A stretch of 64,000 nt of DNA from Verrucomicrobiota bacterium (GCA_047947115.1 CP170459.1:224001-288000); one strand, 5' to 3'. Counted from the first letter of the stretch, positions 20,355 to 30,021 are shown. Translations and numbers: made by a program. Notes: generated by a model from the sequence alone, not told the origin.

Positions 20355-20879
20355 ATCCCAATCAGGAACGAAAGGGAGAGATGGGGGGGGCGCCCCGCAG
20401 GGCTTTCCTCCGCCTCCGCTACGCTCCGGCTCCGTCAATCCCTGCGAACCTCAGCCGAACGTAGCCCTACTGAAATCTTGACTCCAACCACCAATGGAAC
20501 TAAACAACAATCAAGTGCCGCACTTTTCAACTGCCCCCCGCTGCACTTTTCGGCCGCCCTTCACAGATCAGTCGAATCCTTAAAAAATTGTATCAAAGGC
20601 GAACCTCAGAGTGATATGGTTTCAGCTCCAACTGCCACTTTCGTCTGATATACGTTCCGACCAACCGATTTTTTCAAAGAAGTGGAACCGTTGAAATATC
20701 AACCATGTGGAAGAATGGATCCACCAACTCTGAACAATTTATTCCTACTTTTGGATTCTGGAAGCTTAAATTTTGCGTAACCAATTTAAGTAGAAACAAT
20801 TGAGCGAATGAAAGGACTGCTTGCGCGACAGCGCATATGTTAGTTTACCGGGAAACATTCTGGCAGAGGACGGGAGGCC

Positions 20880-20939
20880 CATGAATGAATGGCCATCAAC
20901 GAGATCATCCTCAGCTGTACTGAGAATCTCGATATTCAT
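20880..20939 (-). pseudogene. N-terminal stub of a RelE/ParE-family toxin
   Basis: MNIEILSTAEDDLVDGHSF starts in an ATGA overlap with the antitoxin stop; family resemblance ends after about 19 aa. Confidence 0.6.
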
Positions 20940-21160
20940 TTCCGGACGCGTTTGCGAATGCGTTCTTTGGCTTCGTTCCAAGGAGAGAATTCAGCTTTAC
21001 CCTCTTGAACCATAGCATCACGACGTTCCAGCTCTTCTCGATGCCAATCGGGAGATTCAATTTCGCTCCCCCCATTTCGCAACTGCTCCCAAAGTGCTTC
21101 CATGGCCACGACGGCTTCAGTTGGCGAAAGAGTTTTAATCTGATCGATAACGCTCACCAT
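20936..21160 (-). CDS. Addiction module antitoxin component
   Basis: MEALWEQL...ESPDWHREELERR...FSPWNEAKERIR. Confidence 0.85.
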   Translation of the reverse strand: MVSVIDQIKTLSPTEAVVAMEALWEQLRNGGSEIESPDWHREELERRDAMVQEGKAEFSPWNEAKERIRKRVRK

Positions 21161-21224
21161 GCCAGCATACGAAAGGTAGATGGGTGAATCAAGTAGAGTT
21201 CCTTGTTGGTTGCTGAAAGAGGGA

Positions 21225-21244
21225 AAATGGAGCGGGTGAAGGGA
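21225..21244 (-). repeat. att-like direct repeat of the tRNA-Gly 3' end
   Basis: AAATGGAGCGGGTGAAGGGA at 21225-21244 is identical to 21349-21368. Confidence 0.85.
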
Positions 21245-21351
21245 CCGCTTACGCGATAGCGTATTTCTTAGTTTACAGGGGAATGATTCTTGCGAAGGTC
21301 GGGAGCCCCATCTAACCCGCAGGGTTCGATGACATTCATCCGCGACTGAAA

Positions 21352-21425
21352 TGGAGCGGGTGAAGGGAATCGAACCCTCGTAGCCAGCTTGGAAGGCTGG
21401 AGCTTTACCACTAAGCTACACCCGC
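21352..21425 (-). tRNA. tRNA-Gly(TCC)
   Basis: GCGGGTGTAGCTTAGTGGTAAAGCTCCAGCCTTCCAAGCTGGCTACGAGGGTTCGATTCCCTTCACCCGCTCCA; cloverleaf, anticodon TCC, encoded CCA. Confidence 0.97.
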
Positions 21426-21492
21426 GCTTGGGAGTCACACTTTACCAAGGAAGCTTGCCTTGTCAATTCCTGGATGCTTATCTTTTTTGGAA

Positions 21493-22860
21493 ATGAATGA
21501 TTTGTTGATCCTAAACGGCCGTGTCATCGATCCTGCAAATGATATCGATAGCCACCAATCTCTCCTCATCCTAAACGGAAAGGTAGCGGCTTTGGGCGCC
21601 AAGGCCGATGCCAAGGCTCCTTCGGATGTCAAAAAGATCGACGCCAAGGGGCTCGTGGTCTGCCCCGGCTTGCTGGATATTCATGTTCATTTTCGCGAAC
21701 CGGGCCAAAGTGCCAAGGAAACGATCGAAACGGGCACCCGCGCGGCGGCTCAGGGTGGTTTCACCACGGTGGTCTGCATGCCAAATACCAATCCGGCGAT
21801 CGATAGTCCGGGCACGGTGGCCTTGATCCAGGATAAGGTCGAGAAAAGTGCCGTCATCCATGTCTATACCACCGGCGCCATCACCAAAGGTATTGCTGGC
21901 GAGGAACTCGCTCCAATTGGTTCACTGCATGGCGCAGGGGTGGTGGCGATCACGGATGACGGTCGTTGTGTGCAGAACAACGATTTGATGCGCCGGGCCT
22001 GCGAGTATGCCAAGATGTTCGATCTGCCGATCATGGATCATTGCCAGGATTACGATCTGGTCGGCAAAGGGGTCATGCATGAAGGCCATTGGAGCAATGT
22101 CATGGGGCTGCCTTCCTGGCCGGCTGCAGGGGAAGAGGTGATCGTTGCCCGCAATATTCAATTGGCAGAATTGACCGGCACCCACATCCATTGCCAGCAC
22201 ATGAGTTCGGCGGGTGCGGTGAAGTTGATTCGGGAAGCCAAGGACAAGGGGATTCCCATTTCCGGGGAAGCTTGTGCCCATCATTTCACGCTGACCGACG
22301 CCGCACTAGCCGGGAGCAATGAGTTCTGGCCGGTGGATGGCAAAGGTCTGTTGGATGTGATCAAAATGGATTACGAGCGTCCCGAGTGGGAGAATTACAA
22401 TACACTCTTCAAAATGAACCCACCTTTAAGGTCCGGAGCCGATCGGGACGCTGTGCTCAAAGGGGTGGCGGACGGCACGTTGGAAATTCTTGCTTCAGAT
22501 CATGCGCCTCACTGCGCCTACGAAAAAGAGACCGAATTCGACACCGCTCCTTTCGGCATCACCGGTCTCGAAACGGAACTGGCCCTGGGCGTTATGCGTT
22601 TGTATCAGACTGGGATGATGTCTTTGTCGGAATTGATCAGGCGTTGGACGGTCACGCCGGCTAAACTGGTTCGCCTGGATAAAGGAACTTTGAGCGTCGG
22701 AGCCAGCGGAGACGTCACCATCTTTGATCCGGACGAAGAATGGATCTACGACCGCATGAAAACCCCCAGCAAGGCAACGAACAGCCCCTTCCATGGCTGG
22801 CCCTTGAAGGGACGCAACAAATATACCGTTGTGAACGGCAAGGTTGTTTTCGGGAACTAA
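21493..22860 (+). CDS. pyrC: Dihydroorotase (long, type I)
   Basis: PGLLDIHVHFREPG, GGFTTVVCMPNT, KMNPPLR, ASDHAPH, PFGITGLET. Confidence 0.95.
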   Translation: MNDLLILNGRVIDPANDIDSHQSLLILNGKVAALGAKADAKAPSDVKKIDAKGLVVCPGLLDIHVHFREPGQSAKETIETGTRAAAQGGFTTVVCMPNTNPAIDSPGTVALIQDKVEKSAVIHVYTTGAITKGIAGEELAPIGSLHGAGVVAITDDGRCVQNNDLMRRACEYAKMFDLPIMDHCQDYDLVGKGVMHEGHWSNVMGLPSWPAAGEEVIVARNIQLAELTGTHIHCQHMSSAGAVKLIREAKDKGIPISGEACAHHFTLTDAALAGSNEFWPVDGKGLLDVIKMDYERPEWENYNTLFKMNPPLRSGADRDAVLKGVADGTLEILASDHAPHCAYEKETEFDTAPFGITGLETELALGVMRLYQTGMMSLSELIRRWTVTPAKLVRLDKGTLSVGASGDVTIFDPDEEWIYDRMKTPSKATNSPFHGWPLKGRNKYTVVNGKVVFGN

Positions 22861-22893
22861 CTAAAGGTTTTTTAGAAGCCAAATCCCACACAT

Positions 22894-23069
22894 TGGAGGG
22901 ACTGGTTCCACCCTGTCCCATGCTTTGTCCTCATAACTTCCTAAAGCAAAGGACGTGGAACGTGGGAAGCCCTGGGCATATGAAGGCCTATGGCGTTTCC
23001 ATTGCAGCGTTGTGACAATTCGAACGACTTGAGGTTTGAAGTGGGTGTAAGACGGAGCTTACCCCTCCG
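22894..23069 (+). repeat. About 177-bp GGAG-type REP doublet, copy 1
   Basis: Ends TGGAGGGACTGGTTCCACCCTGTCCC and (reverse complement) CGGAGGGGTAAGCTCCGTCTTACACCC; colinear with inverted copy 25448-25625. Confidence 0.75.
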
Positions 23070-23172
23070 GTAGTGGATCTATATTTTTGGCCTGCGCCCC
23101 AAACGATCAATGGAACTGGAGTCATCGCAAAAGACTTGCGTCAGGAAGGACCTGTTTCTTATGCTGTCAACC

Positions 23173-24276
23173 ATGAACGCAGTATCGGTTGACGTAACAA
23201 ATCGGGATCGAATCCATGCACTGGCGGATCGTGTCATGTCGGGTGGATCGGTGGATCGTGAGGAGGCGATGTGGTTGTTTCATTTGGAATCGCAGGCCGA
23301 CATCACCGATTTGATGGCTGCGGCCAACCGCATTCGGGAGCACTTCAAAGGCAACAAGATCCACCTGTGTTCCATCGTCAACGCCAAAGCGGGTGGTTGC
23401 TCTGAAAACTGCAAGTTCTGTTCCCAATCTGCCGCATACACCACGGAATCCCCTCGATATGGTTTTGTGGATGCCGAGCCGGTAAAGGAAGCTTCCGCCG
23501 AGGCTGAACGCAACAACGTGACCGCAGTAGGCTTGGTGGCGGCCTGGAAAGGTTTGCGCGAAGGTCCGATCCTGGATGAAGTTTGTGATCGTATCCGCGA
23601 GATGGCCGCCGACGGCAAGGTGCGTCCGGATGCTTCCCTGGGTCTCATCGACAGCCAAGTGGTGGCTGACCGATTGAAAGAAGCCGGTTTGGCCTGCTAC
23701 GGCCACAATCTGGAGAGTTCCAGACGTTTTTTCCCCGAGCATTGCACCACTCATACTTACGAAGACCGTTTGAAGACCATCGGTTTTCTGAAGAATGCGG
23801 GGATCAAGATCTGCAGCGGCGGCATTATCGGCATGGGTGAAACCCGGGAAGATCGCTGTGATATGGCCCTCGAATTGAAAGCCATCGGAGCCAGTGTGGT
23901 TCCAGTCAATTTCCTCAATCCGATCGCGGGCACCCCCTACGAAAACAACGATCCCCTGCCCCCGATGGAGATCCTCAAAACCATTTCCTGTTTCCGGTTC
24001 ATCTTGCCCAGACAGGAAATCATGGTCGCCGGAGGGCGCACGGTCAACCTGCGCGACCTGCAGTGCATGATCTTCATGGCAGGTGCCAGCGCGTTGATGG
24101 TTGGCAATTACCTGACCACTTTGAATCAACCGGCGGAACAAGACCTGCAAATGCTGAAGGACCTGGGTCTTGATCCGGACTGGGAAGCGCACGAAGAGAT
24201 GGAGTCGGGCAGTTGCGGTGAGGGCGGCGGCTGCGGTTGCTCCGCCAAGTTGGAACCGGCTGAAGTTTCCGCGTAA
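23173..24276 (+). CDS. bioB: Biotin synthase (radical SAM) with atypical auxiliary-cluster ligand positions
   Basis: CSENCKFCSQS, HNLE, CSGGIIGMGET, VPVNFLNPIAGTP, GNYLTT; ORF could start as early as 23110. Confidence 0.92.
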   Translation: MNAVSVDVTNRDRIHALADRVMSGGSVDREEAMWLFHLESQADITDLMAAANRIREHFKGNKIHLCSIVNAKAGGCSENCKFCSQSAAYTTESPRYGFVDAEPVKEASAEAERNNVTAVGLVAAWKGLREGPILDEVCDRIREMAADGKVRPDASLGLIDSQVVADRLKEAGLACYGHNLESSRRFFPEHCTTHTYEDRLKTIGFLKNAGIKICSGGIIGMGETREDRCDMALELKAIGASVVPVNFLNPIAGTPYENNDPLPPMEILKTISCFRFILPRQEIMVAGGRTVNLRDLQCMIFMAGASALMVGNYLTTLNQPAEQDLQMLKDLGLDPDWEAHEEMESGSCGEGGGCGCSAKLEPAEVSA

Positions 24277-24307
24277 GGCCAACCAAACAGCCCGGTTTCT
24301 TCTCGGA

Positions 24308-25102
24308 ATGATGCAGGACGATTTGCCCAAGCGTTGCGGGAAAAACAAAGATGGTTATCGGGGTGAATCCATCGATCCGGATAACATCCTGGGCCAACTG
24401 GAAGATCAGTCTAAAGCCAAGAGCTGGAAAACTGAGCATTTACGCTTTGGCAACACTTCCCGGGAATCATTGTTCTTCCTGGAATCACGCGACACCCATC
24501 ATCAGAAAAGAGTTCTGATATCAGGGGGCATCCATGGCGATGAACCGGCCACCACAGCGGCTATTGCTCAACTCATCCTTGACGATGAGTTGCCCGGAGG
24601 CATCTCCTACTACGTTTTCCCATGCCTCAACCCGACCGGTATGACATCCGGGACACGGGAAAATTCGAACGGGGTTGATCTGAACCGCGATTATTTCAAA
24701 AAGCAAACCAAGGAAGTGCAAACGCACCTTCGCAAGCTGGAGGCCTTGCCGCGCTTTGACCTGGCACTGCATCTTCATGAAGATTGGGAAGCTGCCGGAT
24801 TTTACCTTTACGAACTCAGCAAGGAAAACACACCCGCCATCTATGGAAGACCTATTCTCGATCAAGTTGGCAAAGTGTGTCCCATAGAGTTGGCAAAAAA
24901 GATAGAAGGCATGCCGGCCGATCGAGGACTCATCCACCCCAGACACCGCTACCTGGACCGCGACGACTGGCCCGAAGCTTTCCACATGATGCGCCACAAA
25001 ACAGACCATTGCCTGACGCTGGAAGCTCCATCCGATTTCGAGTTGGATGTCAGAGTGAAAGCTTTGATCACTGCCGTGCGAACAGCGATCAGAATCCTGT
25101 GA
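24308..25102 (+). CDS. M14-family zinc carboxypeptidase-like protein
   Basis: GGIHGDEPA, PCLNPTG, RENSNGVDLNRDY, LHLHED, TLEAPS. Confidence 0.85.
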   Translation: MMQDDLPKRCGKNKDGYRGESIDPDNILGQLEDQSKAKSWKTEHLRFGNTSRESLFFLESRDTHHQKRVLISGGIHGDEPATTAAIAQLILDDELPGGISYYVFPCLNPTGMTSGTRENSNGVDLNRDYFKKQTKEVQTHLRKLEALPRFDLALHLHEDWEAAGFYLYELSKENTPAIYGRPILDQVGKVCPIELAKKIEGMPADRGLIHPRHRYLDRDDWPEAFHMMRHKTDHCLTLEAPSDFELDVRVKALITAVRTAIRIL

Positions 25103-25108
25103 GTCTAA

Positions 25109-25345
25109 TTACTCACAGTTCAGTAAACGCCGAAATAATTCGGGATTCTTGCTGATCAATCGCTTTGCGGTGCCAACGGCTTTCTCCGAATGCAAAGAAG
25201 GTTTGACAGGTGTCAGAATGATACTGCCGTTTTTATGAACTTTGATGGACACCTGATCCCCGACTTTCAACCCAACCAAATCCATTAAAGCAGCATCAAA
25301 AACCAAGCCCTGAGAATTCCCGATTTTTGTGATGGTCTTCGTCAT
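25109..25345 (-). CDS. AbrB/MazE/SpoVT-family DNA-binding protein (orphan antitoxin)
   Basis: MTKTITKIGNSQGL...LKVGDQV...IILTP, C-terminal ELFRRL. Confidence 0.85.
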   Translation of the reverse strand: MTKTITKIGNSQGLVFDAALMDLVGLKVGDQVSIKVHKNGSIILTPVKPSLHSEKAVGTAKRLISKNPELFRRLLNCE

Positions 25346-25447
25346 GATCTTCGGCAGTGAATGACGAGAAGATTGCCGTCAAGTTGACACTCACCATAAG
25401 TGGACCATCGACCATCGGATGCTGTTCGAAAAATAGATATCAACTAT

Positions 25448-25625
25448 CGGAGGGGCGAGCTCTGTCTTGCCCCACTTCAATCCTCTGTGCTTTGGATCCC
25501 TTTTCAAGCTGCAATGGAAACACCACAGTCATTCGATTTAACGATATTCTTCCCGCGTTCCACCTCCTGTGGTCAGGATTGTTCTAAGGTGAATATTTGG
25601 GAACCGGGTGGAACCGGTCCCTCCA
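25448..25625 (-). repeat. About 177-bp GGAG-type REP doublet, copy 2 (inverted)
   Basis: Reverse complement shares both ends and the internal blocks GTGGAACG(C/T)GGGAAG, GTTTCCATTGCAGC and TTGAAGTGGG with 22894-23069. Confidence 0.75.
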
Positions 25626-25675
25626 TTTAATAAAAGCCAAACTGCACCCAATCCCGCCCTCTGGGCAAGAGAGGA

Positions 25676-26128
25676 TCATTCGCGGTTTTTGGTGTCGATG
25701 GTGAGGGTGACGGGGCCGTCGTTGATGAGGGCGACTTTCATGTCTGCTCCGAATTCGCCGGAGGCCACTGGTTTGCCGGTGGTTTGCTCAAGAGTTTTCA
25801 GGAATGCCTCGTAAAGAGGAACCGCAATGTCGGGTGGAGCAGCTTTGATGTAGGAAGGGCGGTTGCCTTTTTTGGTGCTGGCGTGGAGTGTGAATTGGCT
25901 GATGACCAGGACTTCACCGCCGATGTCTTCCAGTGAACGGTTCATTTTACCTTCATCATCGGAGAAGACTCGCATACGGGCGATCTTGCCGCACAGCCAA
26001 TCAATATCGGTTTGGTTGTCTTCGGCCTCGATTCCCAGCAGAATCAGGAATCCCCATCCGATAGCTCCTTTCACCTTGCCTTCAATGGTGACCGAGGCTT
26101 CGGATACTCTTTGTAATACGATACGCAT
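25676..26128 (-). CDS. dtd: D-aminoacyl-tRNA deacylase
   Basis: [30 protein letters not shown]. Confidence 0.97.
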   Translation of the reverse strand: MRIVLQRVSEASVTIEGKVKGAIGWGFLILLGIEAEDNQTDIDWLCGKIARMRVFSDDEGKMNRSLEDIGGEVLVISQFTLHASTKKGNRPSYIKAAPPDIAVPLYEAFLKTLEQTTGKPVASGEFGADMKVALINDGPVTLTIDTKNRE

Positions 26129-26211
26129 GGAGATGATCTTAGTCGGATCTTTTTTGTTTATCCACAGATGAACGCAGATTTTCGCAGATCCTGTTCAGTG
26201 GGGACGCTGAT

Positions 26212-26730
26212 TCAAATCAAGGATATCGCAGCGATCAGGATCAGATTCACATAAACCGCCGCCAACACGTCATCGATAACGACTCCCCATCCTTTTGGAA
26301 GGTTTTGGCTGACGCTGACGGGCCAGGGTTTCCAGATGTCGAAGAGTCGAAACAGAGCGAATACGGAGGCGTGTAAGATCAATACTTTGAGGTTCAGGAT
26401 TTGATCCATTTGCCGGACCCATTCCGCGATGTGCGGAAAAACAAGCATGGGCCCCAAATAGCAACACAACACAGCGACGAATTCGTCCAGCACGACGCAT
26501 CCGGGATCGTGAGCGCCCAGCACCTTTTCAGCTTGCCCACAGCACCAGACCGCGAAGAACACAAGCCCCGCAGCCACCAGACACATCATCCATGGCGATA
26601 GAAAGAGCATCAAGACCACCGCAGCAGGAATCGCTACAGCAGATCCCCAAGTGCCCGGGGCCTTCGGCAGATGCCCGACAGGGCCAAGGCAGGCAAGCGT
26701 TGCGGTCCAGTGTCTTGGCGATTGTGTCAT
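26212..26730 (-). CDS. pgpA: Phosphatidylglycerophosphatase A
   Basis: APGTWGS, DPGCVVLDEF, FRLFDIWKPWP, GVVIDDVLA. Confidence 0.95.
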   Translation of the reverse strand: MTQSPRHWTATLACLGPVGHLPKAPGTWGSAVAIPAAVVLMLFLSPWMMCLVAAGLVFFAVWCCGQAEKVLGAHDPGCVVLDEFVAVLCCYLGPMLVFPHIAEWVRQMDQILNLKVLILHASVFALFRLFDIWKPWPVSVSQNLPKGWGVVIDDVLAAVYVNLILIAAISLI

Positions 26731-26765
26731 ATGAATCTGTGGGCGATGGCTCTCAGGATAGCGTT

Positions 26766-27356
26766 CTACATGTCATCCAGATAGAGGTCCCGGTTTTTCA
26801 CCAGATAGACAGCCCCCGAGTAAAAGGTGAGCAACACGGTGATCCATTGGGCCAGCATGGAAAAGGAAAGCACCCACGGCGCACCGAAAAGGTTCCAACC
26901 AAAGATCGCTTCACCGATGTTTCCCCAACTGGCATAGCTGATGGATACCAACACGGCGATGATCGCGGTAATCTGGGAAATGGTCTTGTGCTTCCCAAAT
27001 CGCTCAGCCGCCAGAACGATGTTCTTGGATGCAGCCAACAGGCGCAATCCGGTGATGGCCAATTCACGCGCCACAATGATGATCACCATCCAGGCCGGCA
27101 TCAAGTCCAGTCCAACAAAGGCGATGAAGGCAGATCCGGTCAGGATTTTGTCCGCGAGCGGGTCCATCAGCTTCCCGAAATCGGTGATCAGGTTGTCCCG
27201 ACGGGCGATTTTGCCGTCAAAATAGTCTGTCAGGCTGGCAATGATGAAAATGACTAGCGCGACGGTATCATGGTAGGGAAACCCCACGGACAACGCAGCC
27301 AAAAAGACAACGGTCAGTCCGAAGCGGGCGACGGTCAATTGATTGGGTACGTTCAT
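26766..27356 (-). CDS. pgsA: CDP-diacylglycerol--glycerol-3-phosphate 3-phosphatidyltransferase
   Basis: MNVPNQLTVAR, TDYFDGKIARR...FGKLMDPLADK, RELAITGLR. Confidence 0.95.
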   Translation of the reverse strand: MNVPNQLTVARFGLTVVFLAALSVGFPYHDTVALVIFIIASLTDYFDGKIARRDNLITDFGKLMDPLADKILTGSAFIAFVGLDLMPAWMVIIIVARELAITGLRLLAASKNIVLAAERFGKHKTISQITAIIAVLVSISYASWGNIGEAIFGWNLFGAPWVLSFSMLAQWITVLLTFYSGAVYLVKNRDLYLDDM

Positions 27357-27606
27357 GGCTCGGTATGTGGGTCTTCGATTAACAAACCTCCCATCGGGTA
27401 TAGATCGAACATCCGGTGTTTGGCAATCCTTAGTCGTTTGTTTTGGGATTTTTCGTCATTCGGGTGGTAGGGGGAATGGCTCCAATTCGATTCCTCCGTA
27501 ACGCGGAAACCAAAACTTACGCTCTGAATATACTGTCTGTTTTCGATGACCCAAGGGCTTACCACGTTCCATTTCCTTTGGTTAAGGACACTTTAAGGAG
27601 AAAGTG

Positions 27607-27633
27607 TGGGACTTGGTGGAACAAGTCCCTCCA
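27607..27633 (-). repeat. Single GGAG-type REP
   Basis: Reverse complement TGGAGGGACTTGTTCCACCAAGTCCCA, same hairpin pattern as at 22894 and 25625. Confidence 0.65.
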
Positions 27634-27708
27634 TGTTTGTTTGGGCTTGCAGCAGGGGGGCGAATACTTCCTGGCTTCCCATGTGAACGATCAAATAAAA
27701 CTCGAATA

Positions 27709-27744
27709 CCACGAGGATTGCGCGTCGGGACGACACGCTCTACC
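27709..27744 (-). repeat. Single GTAG-type REP
   Basis: Reverse complement GGTAGAGCGTGTCGTCCCGACGCGCAATCCTCGTGG, related to the 1709 REP. Confidence 0.65.
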
Positions 27745-27838
27745 AATGTGAACGATATAATAGATGCCCGAATGCCATGAGGTTCGCGTCGAGATCCCGA
27801 TGCTATCGGGATGCTGCCTTTGATCGGGACTTGATCCA

Positions 27839-28915
27839 ATGGCGGGTCTGATCTACTTTGTGCGCGTGAAATTTCCAAAATTTGCATTAAATAGTTGGTC
27901 GGGCGTTTGCCTGTTGAGTGCCATGTTGGCTTCGAGCCTGCAGGTGGCAGCCGAGAACCCGAAGGTCACCATGAAAACGACGCTTGGGGACATCGTGTTG
28001 GAGCTGGACGCGGAAAAAGCACCCATTTCCACCCATAACTTCCTCAAGTATGCCGAATCCGGATACTACGAAGGGACGATCTTTCACAGGGTCATTCCCA
28101 CTTTCATGATCCAGGGTGGCGGTATGGATGCCGAGATGGATAAGAAAACCAAAGGATTGATGCCTCCCATCAAGAATGAGTGGAAAAACGGACTTAAGAA
28201 CAAGCGAGGCACCATTGCGATGGCTCGCACCAATGCCCCTGACTCAGCGACGTCCCAGTTTTTCATTAATGTCGTCGACAATGCCACGCTGGACGTGCCT
28301 CGAGGTGGCGCCGCTTACGCGGTGTTCGGGAAAGTCGTCGAAGGCATGGAAACGGTCGATAAAATCCGGGACACTGAAACACGGGTTCACCCGAAATACA
28401 ATGGGAACAAAGTAGTGCCCGTTACCCCCGTCGTCATCGAATCCGTCAAGGTGAATGGCGATTATGATTTGGCCGATCTTGAACTGGCCATGGCAACCAT
28501 TAAAAAGAAAGAAACCAATAAAGTGAGCGACGCTACGGACAAAGAAGCAGCCTTCCTGGCCGAAAACGCCAAGAAGGAAAATGTCAAAGAAACCGCATCC
28601 GGTTTGCAATACATCATCGAGCGTGAGGGTAGTGATGTCAAACCCGGTCCGACCGATCAGGTTGAAGTGCATTACAGCGGCAAATTGCTGGACGGAACGG
28701 AATTCGACAGTTCCTACAAGCGGAATGAACCCATTGTTTTTGGCCTCAACCAAGTCATCCCCGGTTGGACGGAAGGACTTCAGTTGATTGGTAAAGGCGG
28801 GAAGGTCAAATTGTTCATCCCCTCCAAATTGGGATACGGCGCACGTGGCGCCGGGAATGTGATTCCCCCATTTTCAACCTTGGTATTCGACGTGGAATTA
28901 TTGGATATCAAGTAA
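27839..28915 (+). CDS. Exported dual peptidyl-prolyl isomerase: cyclophilin fused to FKBP
   Basis: Signal peptide; FHRVIPTFMIQGGG, AMART, SATSQFFIN, YAVFGKV; then TASGLQY, VHYSG, FDSSY, VIPGWTEGL, IPPFSTLVFDVELL; start may be GTG 27866. Confidence 0.92.
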   Translation: MAGLIYFVRVKFPKFALNSWSGVCLLSAMLASSLQVAAENPKVTMKTTLGDIVLELDAEKAPISTHNFLKYAESGYYEGTIFHRVIPTFMIQGGGMDAEMDKKTKGLMPPIKNEWKNGLKNKRGTIAMARTNAPDSATSQFFINVVDNATLDVPRGGAAYAVFGKVVEGMETVDKIRDTETRVHPKYNGNKVVPVTPVVIESVKVNGDYDLADLELAMATIKKKETNKVSDATDKEAAFLAENAKKENVKETASGLQYIIEREGSDVKPGPTDQVEVHYSGKLLDGTEFDSSYKRNEPIVFGLNQVIPGWTEGLQLIGKGGKVKLFIPSKLGYGARGAGNVIPPFSTLVFDVELLDIK

Positions 28916-28951
28916 AGAAATGGTGAATTTAAAATAGTAAATAGTGAATTT

Positions 28952-28986
28952 AAAAAGCCCGGATCCCTCGCGGAATCCGGGCTTTT
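28952..28986. terminator. Bidirectional rho-independent terminator
   Basis: AAAAAGCCCGGAT-CCCTCGCGGA-ATCCGGGCTTTT between convergent genes. Confidence 0.75.
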
Positions 28987-28999
28987 GCTTTGTTAAGAT

Positions 29000-29980
29000 C
29001 TATTCATCCTCGCTGGTTGTTTCGACTTCCAGCAGCTGACGGTTGGAATCGTCGTGCGGATCATCGGGACGATAGTAATCGCGCCATAACCAGCGCAGCA
29101 TTTCGGGCATCATGGCTCCTCCCTGTTTGTTGGAGTGGGTGCCGATGCCCCAGCAATAGTTGACGTCGTAACCCTTCTCGGTGAGGGCATCGACCATTTT
29201 CCGGTTTTGAGTATGCCAGTCCCATTTGGGATCATACTGCCCACCGCGCCTTCTACCACGGTTGTCGTTCAATCCATCCTGAAGAAAGATTCGGATGGGT
29301 TTCTTTTCCGACTCCCGCACCAGGTCGGGATAAACATGACCACCCCGGATGTTCGTAAAACTCCCGATGGTGCTGATCACCTTGCGAAACGCATCCGGCC
29401 GGTGCCATGCCACGGTGAAGGCACAGATGGCACCCGAACTGGCGCCACTGATGGCCCGGTCTTCCGGGTTATCGGAGATGTTGTAATCCTTTTTCAAAGC
29501 CGGAATCAACTCATCCACGATCATGCGGGCATAGTTGTCATTCAGCTCGTTGTATTCGGTGGGGCGATTGTTGATGCGATCCCCCCAGTCACTGGAGGAT
29601 GATTCCTTCTGATGCGGCAGGCGACCCGGATTGATGAACACCCCGATGGTCACCGGCATTTCGCGGCGGTAGATCAGGTTATCGAAGACATTTGGAATGC
29701 GATACGAGCCGTCCAGACTGACGAAGGCATGACCGTCCTGAAACACCATGAGCCGGGCGGGTTTCGAGCCATCGTATTGAGCGGGCACATAGACCCAGTA
29801 GTTGCGTGTCGTGTTCGGGAAGACCTCGCTGGCATGGGTCAATGGCCCGATGACTTTGCCCTTCGGAACACCTTCCTGGGGCAATGAGTCCGGACTAAGT
29901 TTATAGACATCATCCAGAGGGCCGGCCAATGTGGAGACCATCCAGGCGCATCCGAGCGCGACACAAAGAATTCGCTTCAT
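29000..29980 (-). CDS. Secreted alpha/beta-hydrolase esterase (enterochelin-esterase-like)
   Basis: [18 protein letters not shown], nucleophile elbow GASSG, catalytic His in GTH. Confidence 0.85.
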   Translation of the reverse strand: MKRILCVALGCAWMVSTLAGPLDDVYKLSPDSLPQEGVPKGKVIGPLTHASEVFPNTTRNYWVYVPAQYDGSKPARLMVFQDGHAFVSLDGSYRIPNVFDNLIYRREMPVTIGVFINPGRLPHQKESSSSDWGDRINNRPTEYNELNDNYARMIVDELIPALKKDYNISDNPEDRAISGASSGAICAFTVAWHRPDAFRKVISTIGSFTNIRGGHVYPDLVRESEKKPIRIFLQDGLNDNRGRRRGGQYDPKWDWHTQNRKMVDALTEKGYDVNYCWGIGTHSNKQGGAMMPEMLRWLWRDYYRPDDPHDDSNRQLLEVETTSEDE

Positions 29981-30021
29981 GATTTTCTGATACATCATCA
30001 ATGAATAGGATTGGGTTGAAT

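Larger units (their letters stand above)
18819..20565 (+). mobile_element. Left-truncated IS21-family element
   Basis: istA 3' part plus intact istB; right end carries two GCACTTTTC repeats and terminates ...CCTTCACA; no left end visible. Confidence 0.8.

Noticed and set aside
14550..21250. Prophage or anti-phage defence island
   Set aside because: No phage structural, replication or recognisable defence genes; only IS and TA debris plus one cargo gene.
21245..21348. Second tRNA or tRNA pseudogene beside tRNA-Gly
   Set aside because: Only the 3' end is duplicated; the GGTTCGA word here is on the other strand and no cloverleaf could be built.
23167..24348. 393-aa antisense ORF over bioB (also 4066..5091, 33400..34764, 42625..43539)
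   Set aside because: Shadow ORFs on the opposite strand of well-supported genes, with no recognisable motifs.
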